Numbered from the stretch's first letter, positions 31,482 to 41,549 are shown. The stretch: DNA of 64,000 nucleotides from Microgenomates group bacterium (GCA_049287205.1 JBAQFJ010000001.1:447041-511040), one strand, 5' to 3'. Numbers and translations: made by a program. Notes: a model not told the origin generated them from the letters alone.

Positions 31482-32648
31482 TTATTTTCCTTCTTTTTCC
31501 ACGGCCGCCGTGAGTATCCAGAAACACAGCATCATCTGCGGATAAAATAATGTATTCACAAACATACTGTGCACCAGAACTGCCGCACAAAGAGCAATAT
31601 ACAATATCCCCAGCTCATGGTTCTTCTTCCCGATGGCATTTTTCCCCAGTTGTATAAATCTTGACCCAAGATGCATACATGCGCCAAGGCCAACAAGACC
31701 CGTGGTAACCAAGATAAACACGATGCTATTGTCATATCCTGTCGCTGAATGGGCAACCGCATTGCTTTGTAATGTCGGAGCGGTATGGGGCAAAAATCCG
31801 ACCATATTAAATCCATGCCCGATAATGGGGGATTTCAAAAATAATTGTATCCCCTCTTGCCAGTTTGTAATTCGTGCAAGTGCAGTTAGTTGTCGAAATA
31901 ACGCAGTGGATTCTCCCCCGATTGCAGGAACAGCAACAATTGCAATGCAGAGAATGCATAACACATACAGGTATTTCCATTTTTTTGAAAGAATAATATA
32001 TGTGAGGAGTCCTGTAATTGCCGCCAGATAACTGCTTCGGGAAAATGTAAAAAGAAATGCGACAAATATACCTGCAAGACCCGCAATGCTCCATATTTTT
32101 TCTTTTGTCCGCGCAAGCACTGCAACACCCGCAACAAATGAAAGAACGAAGATCGCCCCCATAAAATTCGGATCTAAGAGTGTTGCAAACAACCGGTAGT
32201 AATGAGGATCCCACCCATCATAGGACAAATTCCGAAGATCGGGGTATACATACAACTGTGCAAATCCAAGGAGTGCAAATCCAATGCCGAGCAAAAACAA
32301 CCAACGAAGCCAATACGTACTTGTATGTGCATCATTTCGAACAACAAGATACAAAACAAAATAACTAAAAAACCGCGCTGCATATGCCGCACCCACCAAC
32401 AGCTCATTTCCTGCAAACCGTGCGCTGTTTGCCACCAAAGAAACAATACACACAATGATAACCGATAGAAACGGAATGACAAGTGTATATGCTTTCTGTT
32501 TCTGTTTCTTTGTAACAACACGAAGCAATGAAACAACAATAAACAGCAGAAGTGCGACATCATGCGCATACACGGCAATAGAAGGCGTAAGTTGTATCCG
32601 CCCAAGATTCCCCAACAAAAGACAGAAAAAAAGCAGTGCTTCCCACAT
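31482..32648 (-). CDS. O-antigen ligase/polymerase (Wzy_C)-like polytopic membrane protein
   Basis: 388 aa; ~10 TM helices and a central loop pattern typical of the O-antigen ligase family; flanked by glycosyltransferases. Confidence 0.65.
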   Translation of the reverse strand: MWEALLFFCLLLGNLGRIQLTPSIAVYAHDVALLLFIVVSLLRVVTKKQKQKAYTLVIPFLSVIIVCIVSLVANSARFAGNELLVGAAYAARFFSYFVLYLVVRNDAHTSTYWLRWLFLLGIGFALLGFAQLYVYPDLRNLSYDGWDPHYYRLFATLLDPNFMGAIFVLSFVAGVAVLARTKEKIWSIAGLAGIFVAFLFTFSRSSYLAAITGLLTYIILSKKWKYLYVLCILCIAIVAVPAIGGESTALFRQLTALARITNWQEGIQLFLKSPIIGHGFNMVGFLPHTAPTLQSNAVAHSATGYDNSIVFILVTTGLVGLGACMHLGSRFIQLGKNAIGKKNHELGILYIALCAAVLVHSMFVNTLFYPQMMLCFWILTAAVEKEGK

Positions 32649-32651
32649 ATG

Positions 32652-33440
32652 TTATTTCTCTTTATCTTCGTTGATTTGCCACAATTTTGCTCGTGTCAAA
32701 AATGAATGAAACGCCATCATCATCGCATGCACAAATCCGACTGTTCCATCTAAAAACCCTAATTTTATAATATAGTTTTGAAAAAATTTCGCTACCGGGT
32801 ACATGACAATTGTTCCAACATTTGCCCGAATCCCCGCCGCATAAAATACTGCCGCGTTGATCGTTGTATATCTGTTTATTTGCGCTAAGAAAGTTGGAAC
32901 GTCTGGGTGAGGGGAATGGGAAAGGGGATGCATACACGTTTTTGTACCGCCCGTAACATCCCACACTTCATGTACTTCCCTTTTCCACTTCCCTGCTCCG
33001 CTGCGGGCAAGTCGAAGGAGACGCACATCTCTTGTTTCACCGTGACGGAGTTCCCTGCCCCACATCGTATCAATTCGTTTCATATAATATCCCTGCGCCT
33101 CTGAATTCGCATCTTTTACAATTGCCTGAATTTCTTGGGCAAGGAGTGGAGACACCAATTCATCCGAATCCACAAACAAAATCCAATCCCCGCCTGCATC
33201 GCTTTGCGAAGCATTGCGGGCAGGCCCTTTTGCAATTGCAAGACCAATATTCCGCTGCGCGGCAAAATCATTTTGCAGTGCATGTTTTACAACAATTGCA
33301 CCGGCGCGCTTTGCTATATCTCTGGTTTTGTCTGTTGAATCATCATCAACGACGATGCATTCATCGCACCAATGCATCATTTCAAGAAGTGGCTCTATAT
33401 TCTTTTCGTTGTTATGAGTTAAAATAACGCAGGAGATCAT
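32652..33440 (-). CDS. family 2 glycosyltransferase
   Basis: 262 aa; ISCVILTHNNEKNI...VVDDDSTD...DSDE (DxD) is the GT-A/GT2 signature. Confidence 0.85.
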   Translation of the reverse strand: MISCVILTHNNEKNIEPLLEMMHWCDECIVVDDDSTDKTRDIAKRAGAIVVKHALQNDFAAQRNIGLAIAKGPARNASQSDAGGDWILFVDSDELVSPLLAQEIQAIVKDANSEAQGYYMKRIDTMWGRELRHGETRDVRLLRLARSGAGKWKREVHEVWDVTGGTKTCMHPLSHSPHPDVPTFLAQINRYTTINAAVFYAAGIRANVGTIVMYPVAKFFQNYIIKLGFLDGTVGFVHAMMMAFHSFLTRAKLWQINEDKEK

Positions 33441-33478
33441 TGGTGTTAAGTATAAAGTATTTTTCTCTAACTATAAAG

Positions 33479-34621
33479 ATGAAGCGATCTATTTTTAAAA
33501 AACCACTCATCCTACTTCTTCTTGTTTGTATTGGCTATATCATTGTTTTTTCAGCACACGCATACACGCTCAAACAAACGGTGTATGGAGACGGTGCATA
33601 TTATTTTAGCTGGTTGCACACTATTTTTATTGATCATGATATTAATTTTTCCAACGAATATATCAGATTCAATCTGACGCAACCCTTTACCGAAAACGGC
33701 ATGCCGATCAATAAATATGCCATAGGGCCGAGTTTGCTCTGGGCTCCTTTCTACCTGTGGATACACAGTATCGTTCGCGGCGACGGATATACCTTTCCGT
33801 ATCAGTTTGTCATCGGATTTGTGTCTGTTCTGTACGTTCTTACTGGGCTCATTCTTCTCTATCGTCTGTTGTGCACCGCTTTTAAGCCGACAATCGCTGT
33901 CCTTACGACTATTCTCATTGCTGTTGCCACCAATCTCCTTTTCTATGGGGCAATTGACACGGTTAATTCTCATGGACTGTCGTTTTTTGCCGCCATCCTG
34001 TTTCTCACGTTTTTATTTCAACGTCAATCATTTGGTGTAGGGATTGCACTTGCACTCCTTGCACTCATGCGTCCGCAGGATGTGGTATTTGCATTACTTG
34101 TGTTGCCGTTCCTTAAACGAAATAACATCTTTGCAATTCTTTCCGGATTTATCTTACTCTTTTGTCATCAACTGCTTGTATGGTTTGCGTTTACGGGCAA
34201 TCCCTTCATCAGTCCCTATTTTACGGGAGGCGAGCACTACACATTTCTCTCTCCGCATATTTTTTCCGTTCTGTTTTCATTTGAAAACGGACTGCTTATT
34301 TACACACCGCTTTTTCTCATTGCAGGCATTGGCTACATGCGGGTTTGGAAAAAATATGAACGCTATCGCTTGCTCTCCATTGCTGTAGTTCTGGTGAGTC
34401 TATACTTGATTGCGTCATGGAGCTCATGGAATCAGGGTGCAAGCTACAGTGGCCGCATGTTTATCGCGCTCTTGCCGCTTATCGCATTTCCGCTTGCCAG
34501 TCTCTTAACACACATGACCAATACAATTGTTACATTGAAATATCTTTATATGATTTTTGTGTTGCCGCTCGGGGGGATGAATGTACTGCTTATTCTATAT
34601 TTTTTGCTAACGCACCGGTAA
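33479..34621 (+). CDS. GT-C-type (GT39/ArnT/PMT-like) polytopic membrane glycosyltransferase
   Basis: ~380 aa, 10+ TM helices, first periplasmic loop with aromatic/acidic residues (YGDGAYYFSWLHTIFIDHD) as in PMT_2/ArnT-like enzymes. Start uncertain (ATG 33479 used; GTG 33443 with an AGGAGA RBS and TTG 33440 are alternatives). Confidence 0.55.
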   Translation: MKRSIFKKPLILLLLVCIGYIIVFSAHAYTLKQTVYGDGAYYFSWLHTIFIDHDINFSNEYIRFNLTQPFTENGMPINKYAIGPSLLWAPFYLWIHSIVRGDGYTFPYQFVIGFVSVLYVLTGLILLYRLLCTAFKPTIAVLTTILIAVATNLLFYGAIDTVNSHGLSFFAAILFLTFLFQRQSFGVGIALALLALMRPQDVVFALLVLPFLKRNNIFAILSGFILLFCHQLLVWFAFTGNPFISPYFTGGEHYTFLSPHIFSVLFSFENGLLIYTPLFLIAGIGYMRVWKKYERYRLLSIAVVLVSLYLIASWSSWNQGASYSGRMFIALLPLIAFPLASLLTHMTNTIVTLKYLYMIFVLPLGGMNVLLILYFLLTHR

Positions 34622-35687
34622 TAACCTGAAAGACACTCGCGGCAAATGTTTCCCATCGATATTTTTTGGATTGCACATACGCGGCTTTTTGTTTTTCCTT
34701 TCGGACTTTTTCCTGCGATATCCTTACAAATGCGTCCACAATTGTGTTACTGTTTGCCGTGGCAACCGCTACTCCAGCATTTCCCACAATCTCAGGTAAT
34801 GCACCTTGATTAGCGTAAATTATTGGTGTTCCACAAGCCATTGCTTCAGCAGCGGGCAAACAAAATCCTTCATGTGTACTTAACGCAATCAGTGCTTCTG
34901 CTCCTCGATACCATTTTCCGACATCCGTATCACTCACATATCCCAAGAGTCGTACGCGTTTTTCCAAATGGAGTTCATGAATGGTTTGTTTGATGGCAGG
35001 ATCAAGTCCTGCATCACCACCGATGATGATGAAATCATACGGTTTCTTAACCTGTTCAAGAAATTTGGCAAATGCACGAATTGCCGTTGGCAGATGTTTG
35101 CTTGGCTTTAAAAGTCCGACAGACAAAAAATATGGACGTGGCTGGTGGGATTCCTCTCCTTGGGACAAAAAGATATCGGCAATACCGGGAAGGCACACAG
35201 AAATTCTTGATGTGTCAATGTGATAGGTATTGATGATATCCCGTTTTACCGTTTCTGAAATAGTAATAATATGGCTTGACCTGTAGATGGTGTCTTCTGT
35301 TTGTTTTTTTAACCGCTCTGCACTGTCTCCATATTCTTTTGGCGCAACCAAAAATCCGAGGTCATACACAAAACCGATGGCATGTTTGACGCCTACGGGA
35401 ATCGCCTGTGAAAGGCCTAAAAACAAATCGTTCGGGTGCAGCCTGAGGTGGAGTGGCAATCGGACGCGCATATACCCCACAGACGGGGTGAGCGCAACGT
35501 TAACCATGTGATTGCCAAACCGCACCATAATATCCCGTGGAATCGAGGCAAAACTGTACAGGCGATAGGAATTGGTTGTATCAAGCGTTGCTAAATGATT
35601 GAGAAGTTCATGAGTGACACGATACACCCCCACTTTGAGTCTGTTATCTGTTTCGCAAATTGCACCTGCATCAACGCCTATTACCAT
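34590..35687 (-). CDS. family 4 (GT-B, Glycos_transf_1) glycosyltransferase
   Basis: 365 aa; C-terminal LSTHEGFCLPAAEAMACGTPII is the EX7E GT4 signature. Confidence 0.85.
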   Translation of the reverse strand: MVIGVDAGAICETDNRLKVGVYRVTHELLNHLATLDTTNSYRLYSFASIPRDIMVRFGNHMVNVALTPSVGYMRVRLPLHLRLHPNDLFLGLSQAIPVGVKHAIGFVYDLGFLVAPKEYGDSAERLKKQTEDTIYRSSHIITISETVKRDIINTYHIDTSRISVCLPGIADIFLSQGEESHQPRPYFLSVGLLKPSKHLPTAIRAFAKFLEQVKKPYDFIIIGGDAGLDPAIKQTIHELHLEKRVRLLGYVSDTDVGKWYRGAEALIALSTHEGFCLPAAEAMACGTPIIYANQGALPEIVGNAGVAVATANSNTIVDAFVRISQEKVRKEKQKAAYVQSKKYRWETFAASVFQVITGALAKNIE

Positions 35688-35692
35688 AATCG

Positions 35693-36445
35693 TTAGATAG
35701 CTTCACTATACCCTTTTGCAATCGATAAGGCAAAGAAAAAATGTGCCTTTATTCCGATCCATCCATCCAATATTCCTTTACCACGTGTAAGTCCCACAAC
35801 AAACATATCGATAAATGTATACACAGTTTTCCACAGCAGTGACAGTGTACTGAACCGCTCTTCTTTATGCATCATTGCCTGCATACGTATATACCCATCC
35901 AGTTGCCGAAATCCTTTCCATGACAAATACTTATGGATTGAATCGTAATGATAGATGTCAGCATGAATTTGTTGCGTCTTATCCTGAGGGATAGTTACTT
36001 CTTCATGTACTCTATGTATATATTGGATAGCTGATGAATTTCTGAATAAGCGTAACTGGTAGTCAGGATAAAAAAGTCCGTGCTTCAGATATCGCTTAGC
36101 ATTTATATACCAACGGCGTCGAAACCAAAATCCATCATACGTGCGATGTTTGATGAGTTCAGGTATCTGCTCCTTTAGCTCATCACTCAATATTTCATCC
36201 GCATCGAGAACTAAAATCCATTCACCAACCGAACGGGATAATGCATAGTTGCGAACAATGGAGAAATCCTGATTCAGCGGCACTTCAAACACGTTTTTCG
36301 TATACTTCTTGGCAAGCGTAATCGTTTTGTCTGTGCTCCCCGTATCAACTACGGTAATTTCATCGACAAGCCCCTTCACACTCTTGATTGCGTCTTCCAA
36401 TCGTTTCGATGCATCCTTCGTGATAATGATCGCTGAGAGTTTCAT
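35693..36445 (-). CDS. family 2 glycosyltransferase
   Basis: 250 aa; LSAIIITKDASKRL...VVDTGSTD...LDADE GT2 pattern; 4-nt overlap with the upstream MTase. Confidence 0.85.
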   Translation of the reverse strand: MKLSAIIITKDASKRLEDAIKSVKGLVDEITVVDTGSTDKTITLAKKYTKNVFEVPLNQDFSIVRNYALSRSVGEWILVLDADEILSDELKEQIPELIKHRTYDGFWFRRRWYINAKRYLKHGLFYPDYQLRLFRNSSAIQYIHRVHEEVTIPQDKTQQIHADIYHYDSIHKYLSWKGFRQLDGYIRMQAMMHKEERFSTLSLLWKTVYTFIDMFVVGLTRGKGILDGWIGIKAHFFFALSIAKGYSEAI

Positions 36446-37326
36446 ATTTTTTGAGCTATGACCTCTATCATTGTACCTCCATTGTTAATATTCAGCACCT
36501 TATAAAACAATCGACAAAATAATTGATCAAACAAAAAGTATTTAATTCTTTTAATATTAAAATTCTGAATTTTAGACTTCTTTCCCGTATTGATTGCTTC
36601 TATATGATTATCTCTTTTCAAGAGATGTTTAATTAATCCAGCTAAATCAACTGGGTAACTCCACGTATTAAATTTTAGTACTTTGAATCCTTCAGACGTC
36701 AATAAAGTATTTAAAGTAGTTTTGTTAAAATAACTTAAATGCTCGGGTGGGATAACATAATCAAATTTCTCCTTTCGAATTTTTGAAACTAAACTTCCAA
36801 CGTTTGGCGTAGCTATATATATTAGTCCATTTTTATTTAATAATTTATAGCAGCGTTTAATCAACGTCCTTGGCTTAGAAAAATGCTCTATCACTTGATT
36901 AAGAGAAACAATATCATTCAAATAACTAATCTTTGTTGAAACAATATCTCCGAGATACACAGGAAAATTATATTTACTCTTTAAATAATTAACCATTTTT
37001 GAAGAAATATCTATACCTGATACTTGTAATTTATTTGTAATTGCCTCATTTAAAAAAATTCCACTACCACAACCAATATCTAATAAAGTTTTTCTATTTT
37101 TCTTAAATTTGTTAATAAATTTTAATGAATGCTTCGCATCAGAGAGGATAGTCAATGATTTTTCAAAAATATTATGTTTAAAATCATGATAGATTTTAAA
37201 CAATTGAGTCTGATTTAAATAAGGATATACAAAAATGAAGGAACATTTATTGCAACGATAAATATTCCAATTATTTATCTGATAAAGGATATGAACTTGA
37301 TTGGATTTACACAAACAACAATACAT
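36442..37326 (-). CDS. class I SAM-dependent methyltransferase with N-terminal Cys4 zinc ribbon (small-molecule/sugar type)
   Basis: 294 aa; CCLCKS...CNKC ribbon, SAM motif I LLDIGCGSGIFLNEA; no DPPY/NPPY/PCQ DNA-MTase motifs. The gene is markedly AT-rich compared with upstream genes. Confidence 0.8.
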   Translation of the reverse strand: MYCCLCKSNQVHILYQINNWNIYRCNKCSFIFVYPYLNQTQLFKIYHDFKHNIFEKSLTILSDAKHSLKFINKFKKNRKTLLDIGCGSGIFLNEAITNKLQVSGIDISSKMVNYLKSKYNFPVYLGDIVSTKISYLNDIVSLNQVIEHFSKPRTLIKRCYKLLNKNGLIYIATPNVGSLVSKIRKEKFDYVIPPEHLSYFNKTTLNTLLTSEGFKVLKFNTWSYPVDLAGLIKHLLKRDNHIEAINTGKKSKIQNFNIKRIKYFLFDQLFCRLFYKVLNINNGGTMIEVIAQKI

Positions 37327-37476
37327 AACAAAATATATAATCCGAGTTGATTTAAGCCAATAGTATGCGATTTCGCCAAGTTACTCAAGAGTACAATCTT
37401 TGCTCAAAAATATGTGCTCTAAGAATGCGAAGATTTATAGAACTGGATTAGCTATTAGCCTCAGTCTTCCCCAAAA

Positions 37477-38460
37477 CTAAATATGATTCATTAACGTATG
37501 ATGTTCTTGAAGTATTAAATTTAAGTTTTCTTGATTCATATTTCTATCAAAACCTCTAATAAGATAGTAATTATTTTTCCCTATTCTAAATTTGTTATTC
37601 ATTGTGATAGACCTATTGCTCATTATTCTTTTCAGCATTTTAAGCCATTTTTTCTCATATCGATATTTAATTGACCTATGAATAGTATTTCCAATTAAAT
37701 CCGGTAACAATAACACAGGCTCATTCTGTTCGTTAGAAATCTTCAAATTTCGGAATACTTTATGACCATCTAATACACTTCTTCCTTCGAACATAATTGA
37801 GTGCTTTAATTCAAAAGGATGTTTTATATTTCTCAGTTCCTGTGGAGAAAAAATTTTGAATTCTGGATTTAAATGATTTGTTGTGAGAATTAACATCTGA
37901 TTTAAGATAGTCTTAAAATTTTCAGATTTGGTTTGGGTGTCAATTATATGATTAAGATCCCAACTGTCGTTAGCTTTATAAATATGTATAAAATCAAATT
38001 GGTAATATTGCATCCATTCTCTATAAAGTTCGTAAATAAGCATAAATTTAGAAAAATCTGCGTTAGACATAGCATTTAATCTCCTTGCCATTAACTCCAA
38101 TTCGTCAATTAAACTCTTATGACCATTATTTATTTTTAACGAGTCAATAGATTCTTTAATTAGTCTAACTTGACCGTTACGTTGATATTTTACCAATTCG
38201 TCAATTCCAAACTTTAAATCAAATAATAACGAAGTGTATTTAATCTCATATTTTGTTCCAATATATTTAAGAATTTTTTCTCTATTGCCATCATCGATTG
38301 TTTTACCTTTTATATCACTCCAACCATTTGGATAAAGAGCATCCATTAATGACCTAAATTTTCGCCATTCATTGTCTGTAATTGTAACAAGTGTCACAAT
38401 TCCGTATTCAAGATCTTTGCCTTCTCTAAAACTTCCTGTTTCGTCAATTGCTATGTACAT
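37477..38460 (-). CDS. DUF3800-like protein (N-terminal I-D-E-T-G motif)
   Basis: 327 aa; N-terminus MYIAIDETGSF matches my recollection of the DUF3800 hallmark (Y/F-I-D-E-S/T-G); very AT-rich gene. Confidence 0.45.
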   Translation of the reverse strand: MYIAIDETGSFREGKDLEYGIVTLVTITDNEWRKFRSLMDALYPNGWSDIKGKTIDDGNREKILKYIGTKYEIKYTSLLFDLKFGIDELVKYQRNGQVRLIKESIDSLKINNGHKSLIDELELMARRLNAMSNADFSKFMLIYELYREWMQYYQFDFIHIYKANDSWDLNHIIDTQTKSENFKTILNQMLILTTNHLNPEFKIFSPQELRNIKHPFELKHSIMFEGRSVLDGHKVFRNLKISNEQNEPVLLLPDLIGNTIHRSIKYRYEKKWLKMLKRIMSNRSITMNNKFRIGKNNYYLIRGFDRNMNQENLNLILQEHHTLMNHI

Positions 38461-38552
38461 AATTTCATTTTATCAAACTTCAATGCATATATATTTTCTA
38501 TCTCTTATTACACCCGAGATATGGACATAGAGTGATATAATGACCTATAAGT

Positions 38553-39797
38553 ATGTCTTCCAAAGTTAACTACCTAATTATCTTCGATACAAATGCACTT
38601 TTTGGTGACCCAATACGATCTAGTGTTCTTAATTTTATCGATACATATTCAAAAAATACGCGGTTCGTACTAACATTTGCTATACCAGAAATAGTCAAAA
38701 AAGAACTTACAAAACATACTTTAAAGAAGTTCGAGAAAGCACTACATCAATATCAAGAATCAGCTAAGGAAATTGAATTCCTAACAAACCACAAATTTAG
38801 AGATCTTCATCTAGATCAAAAAGCTGCATTAAATAGACTTAATCGTTTATTCAAAAAGAAAAATATAAAAATTCTTCCCACTCCATACAAAAAAATTAAT
38901 TGGGAAGCTATAGTCGACAAAGCAGTAGAATATATACCCCCTTTTGAAGAAGGAAAAGAAAAAGGATTTAAAGATTCATTAATTATCGAAACTATTTTGT
39001 CACACATGAAAAAACTAGATAAAGATACTTATGTGGCGTTTATATTCATTGACAATGTGTTAAACGAATTTATAAAAACATTAACTCAAACCCACAAACA
39101 ACTCCATGTCTATCAATCTACTGATGACTTTGAAACGTATTTGAAACTACAACTGTTAGACTCTGATAAGGAATTTATTGAAAAAATCAAAGCAGAAGCA
39201 GAGTTCACATTTTCTGACGAAACTAACCCTAATGCACTATTCTGGAAAGAAAACCTACGAACTAAAATTTATAGCACATATAGGGAGATAATAGAAAATC
39301 CATATTATGCAAATAAAAAGGCCTTATTGGGAGCCACTACATACGGTGAAACCCTTGTTCCAATAGATTCAGGTAGATATACAATCGCAAATCCAACATT
39401 TATAGAACGTGACGAGAATTCTATTTTAACTTGGAGATCGTCTGTAATTTTTGAAAGGGCTTATTGGAGAAGTAACTATATTCCAATACATACACACATT
39501 TCTGAACGATCACATATCGCTCAACATTCACATGCGCCTCAAACAACACCTGAAGTAATGTACTATAACGTAGAATTTGAGGTTATTTGGAAATGCCAGA
39601 TGAATGAAGAAGAAAAAATTACTGATGCGATGATTGACAATATCAAGTTCATAAATAATTGGAGAAATGAAAGAGATAGTTATACAAACTTATATTTTGA
39701 CCGTTCTGCTAATACCTCATTACCAACGACAACGTCAGGTCAGGGAACTATACCAATCTCTAGCTTAAATGATATTATAAACGATAAATCTTATTAG
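38553..39797 (+). CDS. PIN-like nuclease-domain protein with large C-terminal unknown domain
   Basis: 414 aa; N-terminus YLIIFDTNALFGD (PIN strand-1 Asp), further acidic residues at AIPEIVKKE and FIFIDNVL consistent with a PIN catalytic tetrad; diverges from the DUF3800 gene across a 92-nt gap. Confidence 0.45.
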   Translation: MSSKVNYLIIFDTNALFGDPIRSSVLNFIDTYSKNTRFVLTFAIPEIVKKELTKHTLKKFEKALHQYQESAKEIEFLTNHKFRDLHLDQKAALNRLNRLFKKKNIKILPTPYKKINWEAIVDKAVEYIPPFEEGKEKGFKDSLIIETILSHMKKLDKDTYVAFIFIDNVLNEFIKTLTQTHKQLHVYQSTDDFETYLKLQLLDSDKEFIEKIKAEAEFTFSDETNPNALFWKENLRTKIYSTYREIIENPYYANKKALLGATTYGETLVPIDSGRYTIANPTFIERDENSILTWRSSVIFERAYWRSNYIPIHTHISERSHIAQHSHAPQTTPEVMYYNVEFEVIWKCQMNEEEKITDAMIDNIKFINNWRNERDSYTNLYFDRSANTSLPTTTSGQGTIPISSLNDIINDKSY

Positions 39798-39804
39798 ATA
39801 CTCT

Positions 39805-40218
39805 ATGACTAATCAAACAAGAAAAATGAGAGAAACATTGACTAAGTTATTCGGTAATAATAATACTTTACCACCAATCATTTCAGGCGCCGCATCATTA
39901 ACTTTACTTTGGAAAATAATTGCATCGCCAGAAATAAATAACATAAGATTTTATTCGTCTTTAACTATTTTATTAATTTTTTTTATATCGTCCTGTCTTT
40001 TATACTATTATTTAAGAAAACTCGAGAAAGACAAAGATGTTTATCTTATTAGCAGCATAGGAAAAATTGTTGAAGATGTATTTCGCCACTATGGACAGAT
40101 GATGGCTGAAAAAAACGCAGATCGTGCAGATGCAAAAAGCATGAATGACGTTATGAAAACGATTGTAGATTTAATAGGACGAATGAAAAATTTATCGAAT
40201 AAAAAATATAAAGATTAA
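39805..40218 (+). CDS. small two-TM membrane protein co-transcribed with the PIN-like gene
   Basis: 137 aa; hydrophobic segments AASLTLLWKIIA and LTILLIFFISSCLLYYYL, charged C-terminal tail; 8-nt gap after the PIN-like gene. Confidence 0.45.
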   Translation: MTNQTRKMRETLTKLFGNNNTLPPIISGAASLTLLWKIIASPEINNIRFYSSLTILLIFFISSCLLYYYLRKLEKDKDVYLISSIGKIVEDVFRHYGQMMAEKNADRADAKSMNDVMKTIVDLIGRMKNLSNKKYKD

Positions 40219-40619
40219 TGGGCTCAAAAAATTGTCAACGTCGTACAATCATAGATGTACGTGTTGTAGAAATCTGCTTTAATTAGTTTTACAATTTAAT
40301 AATGGTTCATCGTTTATACGCAGGCATAATATATGCAACACTATCAAAAATTTGTTTTGATGCAGCATGGATAATGTTTCTTTATTTTAAATAGCATCAA
40401 GAAAACCTTTAAAAGGTATGTCTGCATATATTTTCACGCACTAATTTTCCCCAAAGACCCCTGAAGCTGCGAGACTCTGACACTTTAAAATACGATGTAT
40501 ACTAAATCTGTATGCACTTCAAACGAAAGAAACCAAAAAGTCAGGTGAAAAACGTCAGAAGTAATTTACGATGGCTCGGCAACAGCAAACGACGGCTTAC
40601 CAAACGGGATAAACAACAA

Positions 40620-40925
40620 TTACTCCACTTCACTGAACCGTTTTCCATTTATAGCCGCACGAATACCAGTACATAACCCCTGACCTGCAACATTAACTGT
40701 ACAACAATTCGGTTGATTTGGTGTTTCATGCAATTCACAACTATTTCCTGTTAAAAACACACAATCATCAGGCATTATATATCCTCCCTCTTTGGGAGTA
40801 AGCGTCACGCCTTTTTGTTGAAACATAGCAACTTCAGACGAACTCAAAAAGAAAATCACCTGCAAATCAACATGTTTACGACAGCAATGTGCGTTGCAAT
40901 CTCTAAGACATTCAATATTAGCCAT
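40620..40925 (-). CDS. Cys-rich YkgJ/UPF0153-like putative Zn/Fe-S binding protein
   Basis: 101 aa; CLRDCNAHCC at the N-terminus and a second Cys cluster (CELHETPNQPNCCTVNVAGQGLC); TATAAT box ~11 nt upstream of the ATG suggests a leaderless transcript. Confidence 0.5.
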   Translation of the reverse strand: MANIECLRDCNAHCCRKHVDLQVIFFLSSSEVAMFQQKGVTLTPKEGGYIMPDDCVFLTGNSCELHETPNQPNCCTVNVAGQGLCTGIRAAINGKRFSEVE

Positions 40926-40982
40926 AAAACGCTTTATTATAATCCATACCTAAGAAAATGAACATAATATCCGTATTTGGAG

Positions 40983-41020
40983 AGGGTCAGACCCTTGAGA
41001 TCAAAGATTTAACCTATAGC
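40983..41020. repeat. structured repeat copy 1: AGGGTCAGACCCT-N17-CCTATAGC
   Basis: Exact 13-mer palindrome AGGGTC-A-GACCCT at 40983-40995 and CCTATAGC at 41013-41020; the same composite recurs at 42868-42905. Confidence 0.6.
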
Positions 41021-41153
41021 GGTAAATATCATAGATACATAATTCTGTAGATACAAAAACACCCTCACTATTCTCCTTTTTCAGGAAAACGACCAAAATG
41101 GTCACGTGAGGGCATCTTTGCAGTATTTACATTATTACGGAATTTTCAACTTT

Positions 41154-41549
41154 TTATTTCTTATCTTCAGAAGATGCCAATACAAACGGTTGTACAATAC
41201 CATCAATTTCCCATTGCATAGCTTCATTGTATTGCCGTCGGCTGGCAGCTGTTTTGATTTCTCCGTTTTCATGGAGCAGAACTAAAAAATCATGTCGCAT
41301 TTGCTTTTTTTGGGCTTCTGAGAACTCGATAACTTCCTCATCTTTGTGCAGATACTCGATAAAGCTTTGCTCAAAAAATATTTCGAGATCTTTATCAGAC
41401 AGACGGGCATATTCCTCATCGTTCTCAACGAGTTCGCTGAAACATACAATGAATTCCAACCATCGCATGTCAATCTCATCCTCAGCTTTGAGCTTCAACG
41501 CTCTTCTTAAAGCCATCTTACATATATTCGCAATTCGATCCTCTGGCAT
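41154..41549 (-). CDS. hypothetical acidic protein
   Basis: 131 aa; no recognisable motif; clean ORF with an upstream partner 33 nt away. Confidence 0.4.
   Translation of the reverse strand: MPEDRIANICKMALRRALKLKAEDEIDMRWLEFIVCFSELVENDEEYARLSDKDLEIFFEQSFIEYLHKDEEVIEFSEAQKKQMRHDFLVLLHENGEIKTAASRRQYNEAMQWEIDGIVQPFVLASSEDKK

Noticed and set aside
36442-37326. SAM methyltransferase as a restriction-modification DNA methylase
   Set aside because: It has a small-molecule/sugar-type class I fold with motif I LLDIGCGSG and no DPPY/NPPY or PCQ motifs. It is more likely part of the adjacent glycan cluster despite its AT-rich composition.
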